Positions 8,510 through 16,270 of a stretch of 55,195 bases of DNA are shown one piece after another (the stretch's first letter is position 1; the number at the start of each line of letters is the position of its first letter). The notes beneath the pieces are model-generated. The model did no database searches, was not told where the DNA came from, and saw only the letters and a list, made by a program, of their open reading frames with translations. This DNA comes from a virus (lineage: Duplodnaviria > Caudoviricetes): positions 1 to 55,195 of IMG/VR virus record IMGVR_UViG_3300032323_002612; one strand, 5' to 3'. The translations under genes and the position numbers were made by a program.

Positions 8510-9700
8510 TCAAAGTTCCTTGGGACTATTGACCAAAGCCTGATCAATATCTACCTGTTTGATGCCGTCTGACCGATAACGAGTCAAGTTGTACATGTGT
8601 GGCAACAACACACGCTCCAGTTCCGAGTGTAGGCCGCGAGCACCTGTTTTGTTCTTGATAGTACGCTCGGCAATAAGGTCCAGGCTGTCTTTGCTGAATC
8701 CCAGTTCAACATCGTCCTGGCGAAACAGCCACTGATACTGACTCACATAGTTGTGCTTGACATCTTGAAGAATACGCACAAGATCTGCTTTATCAAGTTC
8801 TTTTAGTGCTACCCAAGCTGGGAAGCGACCCACAAATTCAGGAATCAAGCCAAAGCGTACCAAGTCGTCAGGTGTGGTCTGACTCAACTGAGCTTTTTCA
8901 TTGGCCTGCACTTCAGCACCAAAACCAATGCTGGTACCTTTGACACGATTCTTTACAATATTTTCCATGCCCACAAATGCACCGCCAGCAATGAACAAGA
9001 TGTTGGTGGTATCAATTTCCACTGTGTCACCTGTGGGATGCTTGCGGCCACCTGTGGGAGTGATTCTGCATTTGGTACCTTCTACCAGTTTGAGCAGAGC
9101 CTGTTGTACTCCTTCTCCTGACACATCACGAGTAATGCTGGCACTTTCACTCTTGCGACTGATTTTGTCAATTTCGTCCACAAACACAATGCCACGCTGA
9201 GTTTTTTCAATGTCGCCGCCTGCGGCAGCAAACAGTCTTGATATCAGGCTTTCTACGTCATCGCCTACATAGCCTGCTTCAGTAAGGCTGGTGGCATCTG
9301 CAATCACAAAAGGAACGTCAAGATAACGTGCCACTGTGCGAGCCAACAATGTTTTGCCCGAGCCTGTGGGACCCAGCATGAGAATGTTGGCTTTTTCAAT
9401 TTCGTGTTCAGGATCTTGATTGGCAATGCGTTTGTAGTGATTGGCAATGGCCACACTCAGCAAGATCTTGGCTTGGTCTTGCCCGATCACGTACTGGTCC
9501 AGATGCTCACGAATTTTGCGAGGATCCAGGCTGGGTGCAGCCGGAGCTTTGATGTTTTCTGGTGCATCTACCAACAAATTTTGGCATAGATCCACGCACT
9601 CGTTGCAGATAGCAACGCTTTCGCCCACAATTAGCTTGGTCACAGCGTCTTTGTGTTTGCCGCAAAAACTGCAATTGTAGATAGAGTCAGTTGATTTCAT
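8510..9700 (-). CDS. clpX: ClpX ATPase
   Basis: CSFCGK...CNECVDLC zinc domain, [12 protein letters not shown] pore loop, [22 protein letters not shown] loop and GARGL. Confidence 0.95.
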   Translation of the reverse strand: MKSTDSIYNCSFCGKHKDAVTKLIVGESVAICNECVDLCQNLLVDAPENIKAPAAPSLDPRKIREHLDQYVIGQDQAKILLSVAIANHYKRIANQDPEHEIEKANILMLGPTGSGKTLLARTVARYLDVPFVIADATSLTEAGYVGDDVESLISRLFAAAGGDIEKTQRGIVFVDEIDKISRKSESASITRDVSGEGVQQALLKLVEGTKCRITPTGGRKHPTGDTVEIDTTNILFIAGGAFVGMENIVKNRVKGTSIGFGAEVQANEKAQLSQTTPDDLVRFGLIPEFVGRFPAWVALKELDKADLVRILQDVKHNYVSQYQWLFRQDDVELGFSKDSLDLIAERTIKNKTGARGLHSELERVLLPHMYNLTRYRSDGIKQVDIDQALVNSPKEL

Positions 9701-11193
9701 GTGTTGGATTCTGAGTTGTTTTGCAAGCGGTTGGTCACTTGTAGTTGTTCTGCATCAGTCAATAGTTCAGCGTCGTAGGCTCCTTGGCTGATCAATTGAA
9801 TGAGATGGTCAATGTAGGCCATATCGTAAGTATAGTTGTCTGTGGTGTTTTTGTCAACCTCGATCCAACGACTGCCGTTGAATTTGTACAACTGACTAGG
9901 TATTCTATCCATTCTAACAAAACTGTCACCTTTGGCAGGGTTTGGTGGAAACTCAACGCCAAAGCTGCTGGTGGGTCTGTGTAGATACTGCATCCAGGGT
10001 AATTCATCAATTTCACCGCGAGCCAACATGTTGCGTTGATTCTTTATGGTGGCACCCGGATTATCCTGTTTCCACTGCTTGATAGCTTCTTTGACTTTGG
10101 GGTCAGTTTCTTCATCAACCACCGAGTCCATTGCGCTGACTAATTGTTCTTGTTTTTCTTCTGGCCACGGTTGCTGAAACTCCGCTGGGTTTCCTGAATA
10201 TATTGTCGGCTCAGGTTTGTAGACCATGGGCTCCAGATCTTTAAAATGGTCAAATGGTTTCAGCAGGTAAGGATGCTGTTCAAATATTGATTTTTCTGGC
10301 ATTGGCTCGCTGTTGGACGTGAACATCCAACCTGTGGGATGTGGGTCTTGAACCACGGGTTTGTCTGGCTCAGGTTCTGGTGTTGGTTCAGGCTCAGGTT
10401 CCTTTGCTGGTGCCAGGCCTAGCCTTTCGAACACTCGCTGGCGTTCCCACTTCAAGCTTTCTGTTGCCGCCAACAGCATCATGATGGCCAAGGGATCAAA
10501 CACAGCAACAATCACAATGATCACCCAGGTCACTGCTTTTTCCAGCAAGTTGGCATCAGGGTTGTCGCCGTAGATCAACTTGGCAATGTATTTCAGTGGT
10601 CCGACCTCGGCTTCAACCTTGCGGATCTCGGCGGCAATAGGCGCACGAACTTCGTTGAGTTCCGCGATAAGCTTTTGCGACTGTGATATTTCTGCCAGAA
10701 GGCGACCACGTTCTTTCTGCTGGGAGCGACGCAGAGCCACTGCTCGGTCGGCACCCGTTTCTGTTGTTGAGCGGCCCAGTACTTGATCCACTCCTTCATC
10801 CATCTGTTTAAGTGCTCGACGGGCTGTTTCAATATTCTCTTTTTCAGTTTTGATCTTTTCATCATAGACAGCAATCTTGGCCTGTACATCGCCACTTACT
10901 AGGCTTTGGTCGCTGTGTGCTTTGCTCAAGAAACCAAAGATGCCCATGCTGGTGATCAACATCAGCACGGCCACAGCCGGGACCAGGTACAGTTTCATGA
11001 GCCAACGGCAACGGCTCCAGTACTCGTGCAGCCACAGCGTGACCACAACTTTGCCCACTTCCAGTATTGAACCCATTATGATGATGGGAATCACTGCCGC
11101 AGCAAAAATAGCAGCAAGACCTGCAATAGAATAGTAGGCGGCGATAACTGACAAACACAGGGCTACCGCCAAAGTAAGGTAGCTGAGAAACAT
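9697..11193 (-). CDS. Membrane protein with coiled coil and Pro/Glu-rich linker
   Basis: Three N-terminal hydrophobic helices, coiled coil, another TM segment (VFDPLAI) and PEPEP repeats. Confidence 0.7.
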   Translation of the reverse strand: MFLSYLTLAVALCLSVIAAYYSIAGLAAIFAAAVIPIIIMGSILEVGKVVVTLWLHEYWSRCRWLMKLYLVPAVAVLMLITSMGIFGFLSKAHSDQSLVSGDVQAKIAVYDEKIKTEKENIETARRALKQMDEGVDQVLGRSTTETGADRAVALRRSQQKERGRLLAEISQSQKLIAELNEVRAPIAAEIRKVEAEVGPLKYIAKLIYGDNPDANLLEKAVTWVIIVIVAVFDPLAIMMLLAATESLKWERQRVFERLGLAPAKEPEPEPTPEPEPDKPVVQDPHPTGWMFTSNSEPMPEKSIFEQHPYLLKPFDHFKDLEPMVYKPEPTIYSGNPAEFQQPWPEEKQEQLVSAMDSVVDEETDPKVKEAIKQWKQDNPGATIKNQRNMLARGEIDELPWMQYLHRPTSSFGVEFPPNPAKGDSFVRMDRIPSQLYKFNGSRWIEVDKNTTDNYTYDMAYIDHLIQLISQGAYDAELLTDAEQLQVTNRLQNNSESNT

Positions 11194-11197
11194 AGAT

Positions 11198-11518
11198 CTA
11201 TTTATTGGTCATACCAACCACTTGAACAGCTAATTTAATGCTGACCCAACTGGCAAATGTTTGATCAGGAACATCAAACCATACTCTTACTTTGTTTCGT
11301 GCCCAGTTTTTTTCTAGTTTGCGTTTGACTCTGGGCTGACCACGCCAGTTATGCAGTCCGTAGAGTGCGTTGGCCTCACGGATGATTTTGTACCATTGAA
11401 CAGCGTTTTCCAGTTCAACGGTCACACGATAAAGTTGCATAGCATCGGTCGTTGCTTTAAGCGGGTCAAGGGACTGCAACGTGTCATTGCTGACAGCGGT
11501 TTCAATGTTGACAGACAT
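11198..11518 (-). CDS. Hypothetical protein
   Basis: 106-aa ORF with AAGGA SD. Confidence 0.65.
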   Translation of the reverse strand: MSVNIETAVSNDTLQSLDPLKATTDAMQLYRVTVELENAVQWYKIIREANALYGLHNWRGQPRVKRKLEKNWARNKVRVWFDVPDQTFASWVSIKLAVQVVGMTNK

Positions 11519-11519
11519 A

Positions 11520-11700
11520 ATATCCTTTCACTGTTGATTCTCACTGGGCTTACTCCCGGGTACCAGCCGGGTTTTGACTTGCGTCTGAGACAGTGCCACA
11601 CCTTGTGGATTTCTGCTGATGAGCCACGGCATTAACCGGGCAATTACCCCCGATTTCCATTCAGCGACCACCATATCCTGGCCAGGCCCGACGCTATGCA
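11520..11700 (-). ncRNA. Candidate structured RNA (5' leader or sRNA), unclassified
   Basis: GC-rich intergenic region after a TTGACC-N17-TAAAAT promoter, with several hairpins including GAC-GCAA-GTC. Confidence 0.4.
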
Positions 11701-11706
11701 ACAACT

Positions 11707-11735
11707 ATTTTACAGTAATGCATGCCGCTGGTCAA
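11707..11735 (-). promoter_or_regulatory. sigma70-type promoter TTGACC-N17-TAAAAT
   Basis: Plus strand reads atttta at 11707-11712 and ggtcaa at 11730-11735. Confidence 0.7.
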
Positions 11736-12640
11736 GAGAATTCTGTGATGATATTGTCCAGTTCTTCCCGAACAAAGTGTTCGTCAGGATCGTAGGCCAC
11801 ACCACGCCACTTCTTGATGGCCAATGTATCTTCAGGGCTCCACTCATTGTACCAACGTTCACCATTGAACACTGCCTGGTATTCGTGGCCTGTTGCTGTT
11901 TGTACTTCGTACTTGCCTTCTCGAACTGGTCGGGTCTTGGCTGGGAACCAATCAGTTAGTTTGTACTTGATGTCATCCATGTCACGATAGCGTTCGTATC
12001 CTGAACCCCGATTTGATCCAGCAATGTAGAACGCATGCTCGGAACCTTTGCCATTGGTGTTGCCACCGTTGTTGTCCAGTTCCTCATCGTCGTATTCCAC
12101 ACCTACCACGATTTCGTTGCCATCAAAATCTGAAATGTTAATCAAGAGTTTTTCAGGGTCAAACGGCTCCTTGAGTTCAATGTCGGCTTCAAAGAAACTG
12201 CCTTTTTCAGAACTGTATCCGTAGTAGACCACAGTGCCTGCAGGCTTTTCGTCAACCCAGACTTCTTCAAATGTGCTGAGTTGAACATCGCATCCGTCAA
12301 GATCGCTGAGTTCTCTTTGATACACTACCTCGCCTTTTTCGTTGGTGACCTGTAGAGTACCAGAATTTCTATCTACACCACTGACATGCCCCATATCGTC
12401 ATTGTCATACCAGCAACCGGGTTCAAACGGACGCATGTCTTCGGGCACATCATCAAACTCGTCACCGCCCCAGGCATAGTCGGGCACACTGAGTCTGTGT
12501 TGCCGGAAGTAGTCGTAGATCCGGCGATCCACAGTGCCCATCACATACTCGCCACCGTAGCCCCACAGTTCAACTTTGTAGGTGCGAGGTGTAAACTTCA
12601 ACACCTCCATCAAGTGTTCTTGTTCTTTAGTTGTTGCCAT
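11732..12640 (-). CDS. Acidic hypothetical protein
   Basis: 302-aa D/E-rich ORF with AAGGA SD. Confidence 0.7.
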   Translation of the reverse strand: MATTKEQEHLMEVLKFTPRTYKVELWGYGGEYVMGTVDRRIYDYFRQHRLSVPDYAWGGDEFDDVPEDMRPFEPGCWYDNDDMGHVSGVDRNSGTLQVTNEKGEVVYQRELSDLDGCDVQLSTFEEVWVDEKPAGTVVYYGYSSEKGSFFEADIELKEPFDPEKLLINISDFDGNEIVVGVEYDDEELDNNGGNTNGKGSEHAFYIAGSNRGSGYERYRDMDDIKYKLTDWFPAKTRPVREGKYEVQTATGHEYQAVFNGERWYNEWSPEDTLAIKKWRGVAYDPDEHFVREELDNIITEFS

Positions 12641-13094
12641 TATCTTTTTCCTTTACAAGTTTGCACACCAGTTGAAATTGCTCGTAGGCATCACGAACCG
12701 CTGGATGTTGCATGAGCTTGTCTGCTTCAACCTGCATAGCCTTTACACCGGCTTCCACAATGTCACGAGTACTGCTACCTTGTAGAGTACAGAGTTCGTC
12801 GCCGAACTCCTTGGCCAATTTCTTCCACGCCCGTCGTTGCCCTTCCGTAAGTGGAGTTCGTTGTGGTCTTAATTCGCTAGCATCCATCATGGCCTTACAC
12901 ATAGCATCTTCAGCCACTCTCCCAGCGGCAATCATGGGTGCCAAGGCTGGATCAATGTTGAACCTGCGACTAGTGCCGCCTGGATACACCATCACAAGAT
13001 GATTGCCCTTGTGAAAACTGTCCATGAGATCGTTGTCGTACTCGGCCACAGGCTTGTACCTGCGACCTTCTTTGACATAGTAGATTTTTTTCAT
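12627..13094 (-). CDS. Hypothetical protein
   Basis: 155-aa ORF overlapping its neighbours. Confidence 0.7.
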   Translation of the reverse strand: MKKIYYVKEGRRYKPVAEYDNDLMDSFHKGNHLVMVYPGGTSRRFNIDPALAPMIAAGRVAEDAMCKAMMDASELRPQRTPLTEGQRRAWKKLAKEFGDELCTLQGSSTRDIVEAGVKAMQVEADKLMQHPAVRDAYEQFQLVCKLVKEKDNGNN

Positions 13095-13489
13095 TGGTAT
13101 TTCTTGTCCAGTTTGGTGTTGGTAAGTCCAGCCAGCATTTGAAATTGATCCCAGGCATCTTTTACAGCAGGACGCGATGCCAGTTCAGAATCTGGCAGCA
13201 CAGTTTCCAACCAAAACTCCCGACGGCGAGGCGGATTACGACCAAACTTGCGAGGCTGATGCATACGACCCGAAGCCCACAAATCCATAACAACTGCGTA
13301 CACAGCGTCATGCTCCAGGTCGTACCATTCAGGATTGTATGAGGTGTACCCATCCCAAATGCTGTCCCATTGTTCCGGATCCGTGGGATCAAAGTCTGTG
13401 CGAGTGATCAGCACCAACACATCGTCGATGTCCACACGACCTTCCACAATGTCGCGAACGCAACGACTGAGACTCAATCCAACTTTCAT
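13091..13489 (-). CDS. Hypothetical protein
   Basis: 132-aa ORF, ATGA overlap. Confidence 0.7.
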   Translation of the reverse strand: MKVGLSLSRCVRDIVEGRVDIDDVLVLITRTDFDPTDPEQWDSIWDGYTSYNPEWYDLEHDAVYAVVMDLWASGRMHQPRKFGRNPPRRREFWLETVLPDSELASRPAVKDAWDQFQMLAGLTNTKLDKKYQ

Positions 13490-13720
13490 TTAACCACCAT
13501 AATGTTTGATAACTGTGTTCAATGCTTCAATCATGCGAGTGTTGATAGCAACATCTTCTGGATGCAGCCAATAGCCATCAGGATTGGTATCTGTGCGTGG
13601 ATTCTTTTTCCACTCACTCAACTCTTTCTTGAGATAGGCTCGTTGTTCTTTCAAATTCAGCACAGTGATGCGATCGGCGGCCTCGCCGTCTAGTGTGATA
13701 GGCCCAACTCGTTTGCTCAC
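13490..13720 (-). CDS. Hypothetical protein
   Basis: 76-aa ORF, GTG start coupled to the ligase stop. Confidence 0.6.
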   Translation of the reverse strand: MSKRVGPITLDGEAADRITVLNLKEQRAYLKKELSEWKKNPRTDTNPDGYWLHPEDVAINTRMIEALNTVIKHYGG

Positions 13721-15093
13721 AGTTTTTCTCCTGGTTCAAATCCACGGAATCGTTTGTGACGAGGGAACCTCAGTGAGTATGTTCCGTCTTGGTTTTGCGT
13801 AACTGCATCAGCTTCAACTTCGCCGATGACACCAAGTAACTGATCCCGTGCGGCCCAAAACTCATCACGATCGCCATCGCTATAACCAGTACCAACATTA
13901 ACCCGAATATTGCGTCCATTGTCAACTCCTTCGTAAATTATAGCACCCAACCGGCCCTCATTGCGACCAGTACCTTCTTCAAAACCCACAATGGTCAAGT
14001 CCACAGTGATAGTGGGTTTCCATTTCATCCAACTATCACTACGCTTGCAGAGATAGGGTGCATCCAGATCCTTGATCATAATGCCTTCATAGCCCTGTTC
14101 CACTGATGCTTCAGCGAATCGACGCATGATGTCATGCCCTTCTGCTGTGTCCAGGTCTACATCCATGCCCGGCATAATACGCAGGTTAGCAGTCTCTTCC
14201 AAGGCAGATTTGGCACTGTCAAGCCACTCCAACCTTTTGTGCTGTTGCACATTCCAATGGCCTTCTTTGAGTGCGTCCAAGGGCAACACATCAAAAATGT
14301 GATACACCATGTTGCTAGTTTCAGCATCACTCTTGCGGTGTGCCTGCTTCATGAGCTTTTGAAAGCTTTCGCCCACAATCTCGCCGTCTAGCACAAACTG
14401 GCCACCAGTACCACGACCGTATTGAAACGCCTTACGGTTGTCTTCAATGGCTTCGGCAATCTGCGGGAAGTTTTCAAACACCTTGCCATTACGGCTGTAC
14501 AGTGTGCAAACATCGCCTTGTACCACAGCCACCACACGAACACCATCCAGTTTGACCTCTAGACGCTTGATGCCCTTCATTTTTTTGGGCTGTCCAGCAC
14601 TGTCCTGAGCCAACTGTACACTGAACACTGGAATCTTCCACTCTGTGTTGCCCACAACTTTGTTGATGGTTTTTTCAGAGATACCGCAACGCAGATCCTT
14701 GATGATTACTCTGCGGGCCAGGTTGTTCCATTCGTCCGAGTCAAACTGTTCGGCCACTTCTTGAATACGGTCACGGGCACGATGTCCTGTGATACCACGG
14801 GTGCGTAGATTTTCCAGCAAGGCCCAGAACACTGGCCAAGGATTGTCGCGGCCAGTCAGCCCCGACGTCTCTGGCACTTGCCTGACGTTGAATGTGTAGA
14901 AAGGATTGTAGGCCTGATAGCAGTTGAACAAGAAAATCTGTGCGTCACTACTGCCCAGTTTTGCAGCCATCAAGGCTTTTTCGATTGTTTTTTCTTTGTG
15001 AATTCTACTGTCCGAGCTTTCAAGATCGCGGATCCATCCTGCGGCCATTACACCCTCAAACCGGTTGTCGCTGAAGTCAATTTCATTAATCAT
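13717..15093 (-). CDS. ATP-dependent DNA ligase
   Basis: EVKLDGVR (motif I), LDGEI, EGIMIKD, WMKWK and SLRFP; start at ATG 15093. Confidence 0.93.
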   Translation of the reverse strand: MINEIDFSDNRFEGVMAAGWIRDLESSDSRIHKEKTIEKALMAAKLGSSDAQIFLFNCYQAYNPFYTFNVRQVPETSGLTGRDNPWPVFWALLENLRTRGITGHRARDRIQEVAEQFDSDEWNNLARRVIIKDLRCGISEKTINKVVGNTEWKIPVFSVQLAQDSAGQPKKMKGIKRLEVKLDGVRVVAVVQGDVCTLYSRNGKVFENFPQIAEAIEDNRKAFQYGRGTGGQFVLDGEIVGESFQKLMKQAHRKSDAETSNMVYHIFDVLPLDALKEGHWNVQQHKRLEWLDSAKSALEETANLRIMPGMDVDLDTAEGHDIMRRFAEASVEQGYEGIMIKDLDAPYLCKRSDSWMKWKPTITVDLTIVGFEEGTGRNEGRLGAIIYEGVDNGRNIRVNVGTGYSDGDRDEFWAARDQLLGVIGEVEADAVTQNQDGTYSLRFPRHKRFRGFEPGEKL

Positions 15094-15103
15094 ATTTACG
15101 CTT

Positions 15104-15511
15104 TCACCATGAACTATTGTAGAACACTTTGAGTCCCAGGAACAACTCGGCACGAGCATTCTTGATAAACTCCAGGTCAATTTGTCGATAGTATTCGTCA
15201 GCGGCTTCGCCAAAGAAAAATCCTGTTGTGCCTGGCAACTGTCCATGCGTTACTGCCAGTTCCAGTGCATCAAGATCCTGCCAGGTCAACTCCAGCTCGT
15301 CGCCATTGAAGCCACCTTTGTTGCCTTTTGATTCCCAAAGGTCTCGCATCCAACCATGCAGGTTGGGATGTTTGCGCCAGTAGGCAAGTTCACGGGGTTT
15401 GGTCTTGCCGGGCACAGTCCACTCACCGTCTTCGTAGGCCCCGGGTGCGGCATAGTATTCGTCATATTCGCCAGCCTTAGCGGCCACGTATGCATACATA
15501 TCCAGTCCCAT
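15104..15511 (-). CDS. Hypothetical phage protein (GLDMY...YWRKHPNLHGWM)
   Basis: 135-aa ORF with a motif pattern I recognise from phage hypothetical proteins. Confidence 0.75.
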   Translation of the reverse strand: MGLDMYAYVAAKAGEYDEYYAAPGAYEDGEWTVPGKTKPRELAYWRKHPNLHGWMRDLWESKGNKGGFNGDELELTWQDLDALELAVTHGQLPGTTGFFFGEAADEYYRQIDLEFIKNARAELFLGLKVFYNSSW

Positions 15512-15786
15512 TATGCAGCCTCCAACATGTTGGCAGGAACCTTGAACAACATTTGACCAGTGTCCACTGTGATGTACTTGATGGCAATTTTGCGAACGGT
15601 GCCGCGATAAGTCATGCCATTGCGGTTGCTGGTAAACTTCACAGTGTCGCCCAGCATGAGACTGCGTTTGGCTCGCTGTGTGAGTTGAGCACGAGCATAC
15701 TTCACAGCGTCGATGATGCTGGTGAGTTCAGTGTTAGAGAAGTTACCAAACATGATTGCAGAATTAACATCTTTGATGCTGAGCAT
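15511..15786 (-). CDS. Hypothetical early protein
   Basis: 91 aa, AAGGAG SD, directly behind an early promoter. Confidence 0.75.
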   Translation of the reverse strand: MLSIKDVNSAIMFGNFSNTELTSIIDAVKYARAQLTQRAKRSLMLGDTVKFTSNRNGMTYRGTVRKIAIKYITVDTGQMLFKVPANMLEAA

Positions 15787-15815
15787 TGCTGACTCCTTTG
15801 TGTTACAATGTGTAT

Positions 15816-15844
15816 ATTATAGCAAATTGGCGATTTTTGGTCAA
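15816..15844 (-). promoter_or_regulatory. Early promoter TTGACC-N17-TATAAT
   Basis: Minus strand ggTTGACCaaaaatcgccaatttgcTATAAT. Confidence 0.85.
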
Positions 15845-15869
15845 CCAAAACGTTGGTAATACTTGTGTA

Positions 15870-16154
15870 TTACATGCTCCAATAAGTTTCGCTGGCAGGG
15901 TTGCAACACCAGGGAGTGTCGCGGTCAATTTGGACATCTGCACCGGTTATCAAGTTCTTGACAGTGACCATTGTGGGCAGAAACTCAATGCGGTAGCCTC
16001 GGCTTGTGGGCCACATTTCGTATTGCAATTCACGGACTTCACGATGCATCTCGGCTGCGTCACGATTTCGCCAAACACTAGTGCTGACCAGGCGTTCACC
16101 ACTCTTGGTACGACGATCTGCTTTGTAGATGTACATGGTGTGATCTTGTTTCAT
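15870..16154 (-). CDS. Hypothetical early protein (ends TPWCCNPASETYWSM)
   Basis: AAGGAG SD before ATG 16154; the track's upstream extension crosses a promoter and terminator. Confidence 0.75.
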   Translation of the reverse strand: MKQDHTMYIYKADRRTKSGERLVSTSVWRNRDAAEMHREVRELQYEMWPTSRGYRIEFLPTMVTVKNLITGADVQIDRDTPWCCNPASETYWSM

Positions 16155-16184
16155 TGCTGGCTCCTTTTTGCTGTCTATGTGTGT

Positions 16185-16213
16185 ATTATAGCAAATTGGG
16201 CATTTTGGGTCAA
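16185..16213 (-). promoter_or_regulatory. Early promoter TTGACC-N17-TATAAT
   Basis: Minus strand ggTTGACCcaaaatgcccaatttgcTATAAT. Confidence 0.85.
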
Positions 16214-16220
16214 CCAAAAG

Positions 16221-16246
16221 AAAAACCCGCTGAATTGGCGGGTTTT
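16221..16246. terminator. Intrinsic terminator AAAACCCGC-N7-GCGGGTTTT
   Basis: GC stem flanked by A and T tracts, just after the 862-aa gene. Confidence 0.75.
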
Positions 16247-16270
16247 GTAGTACTTGAGTATTAGTTTTTG

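Noticed and set aside
11610-11665. CTGATGAG on the plus strand as a hammerhead ribozyme core
   Set aside because: No correctly placed GAAA or closing stems; the promoter points the other way.
11555-11670. RNase P or cobalamin riboswitch resemblance (AAAACCCGGC, GGAAATCGG)
   Set aside because: Only fragments match; the GAGGAAAGUCC motif and B12 box are absent and the region is too short for RNase P.
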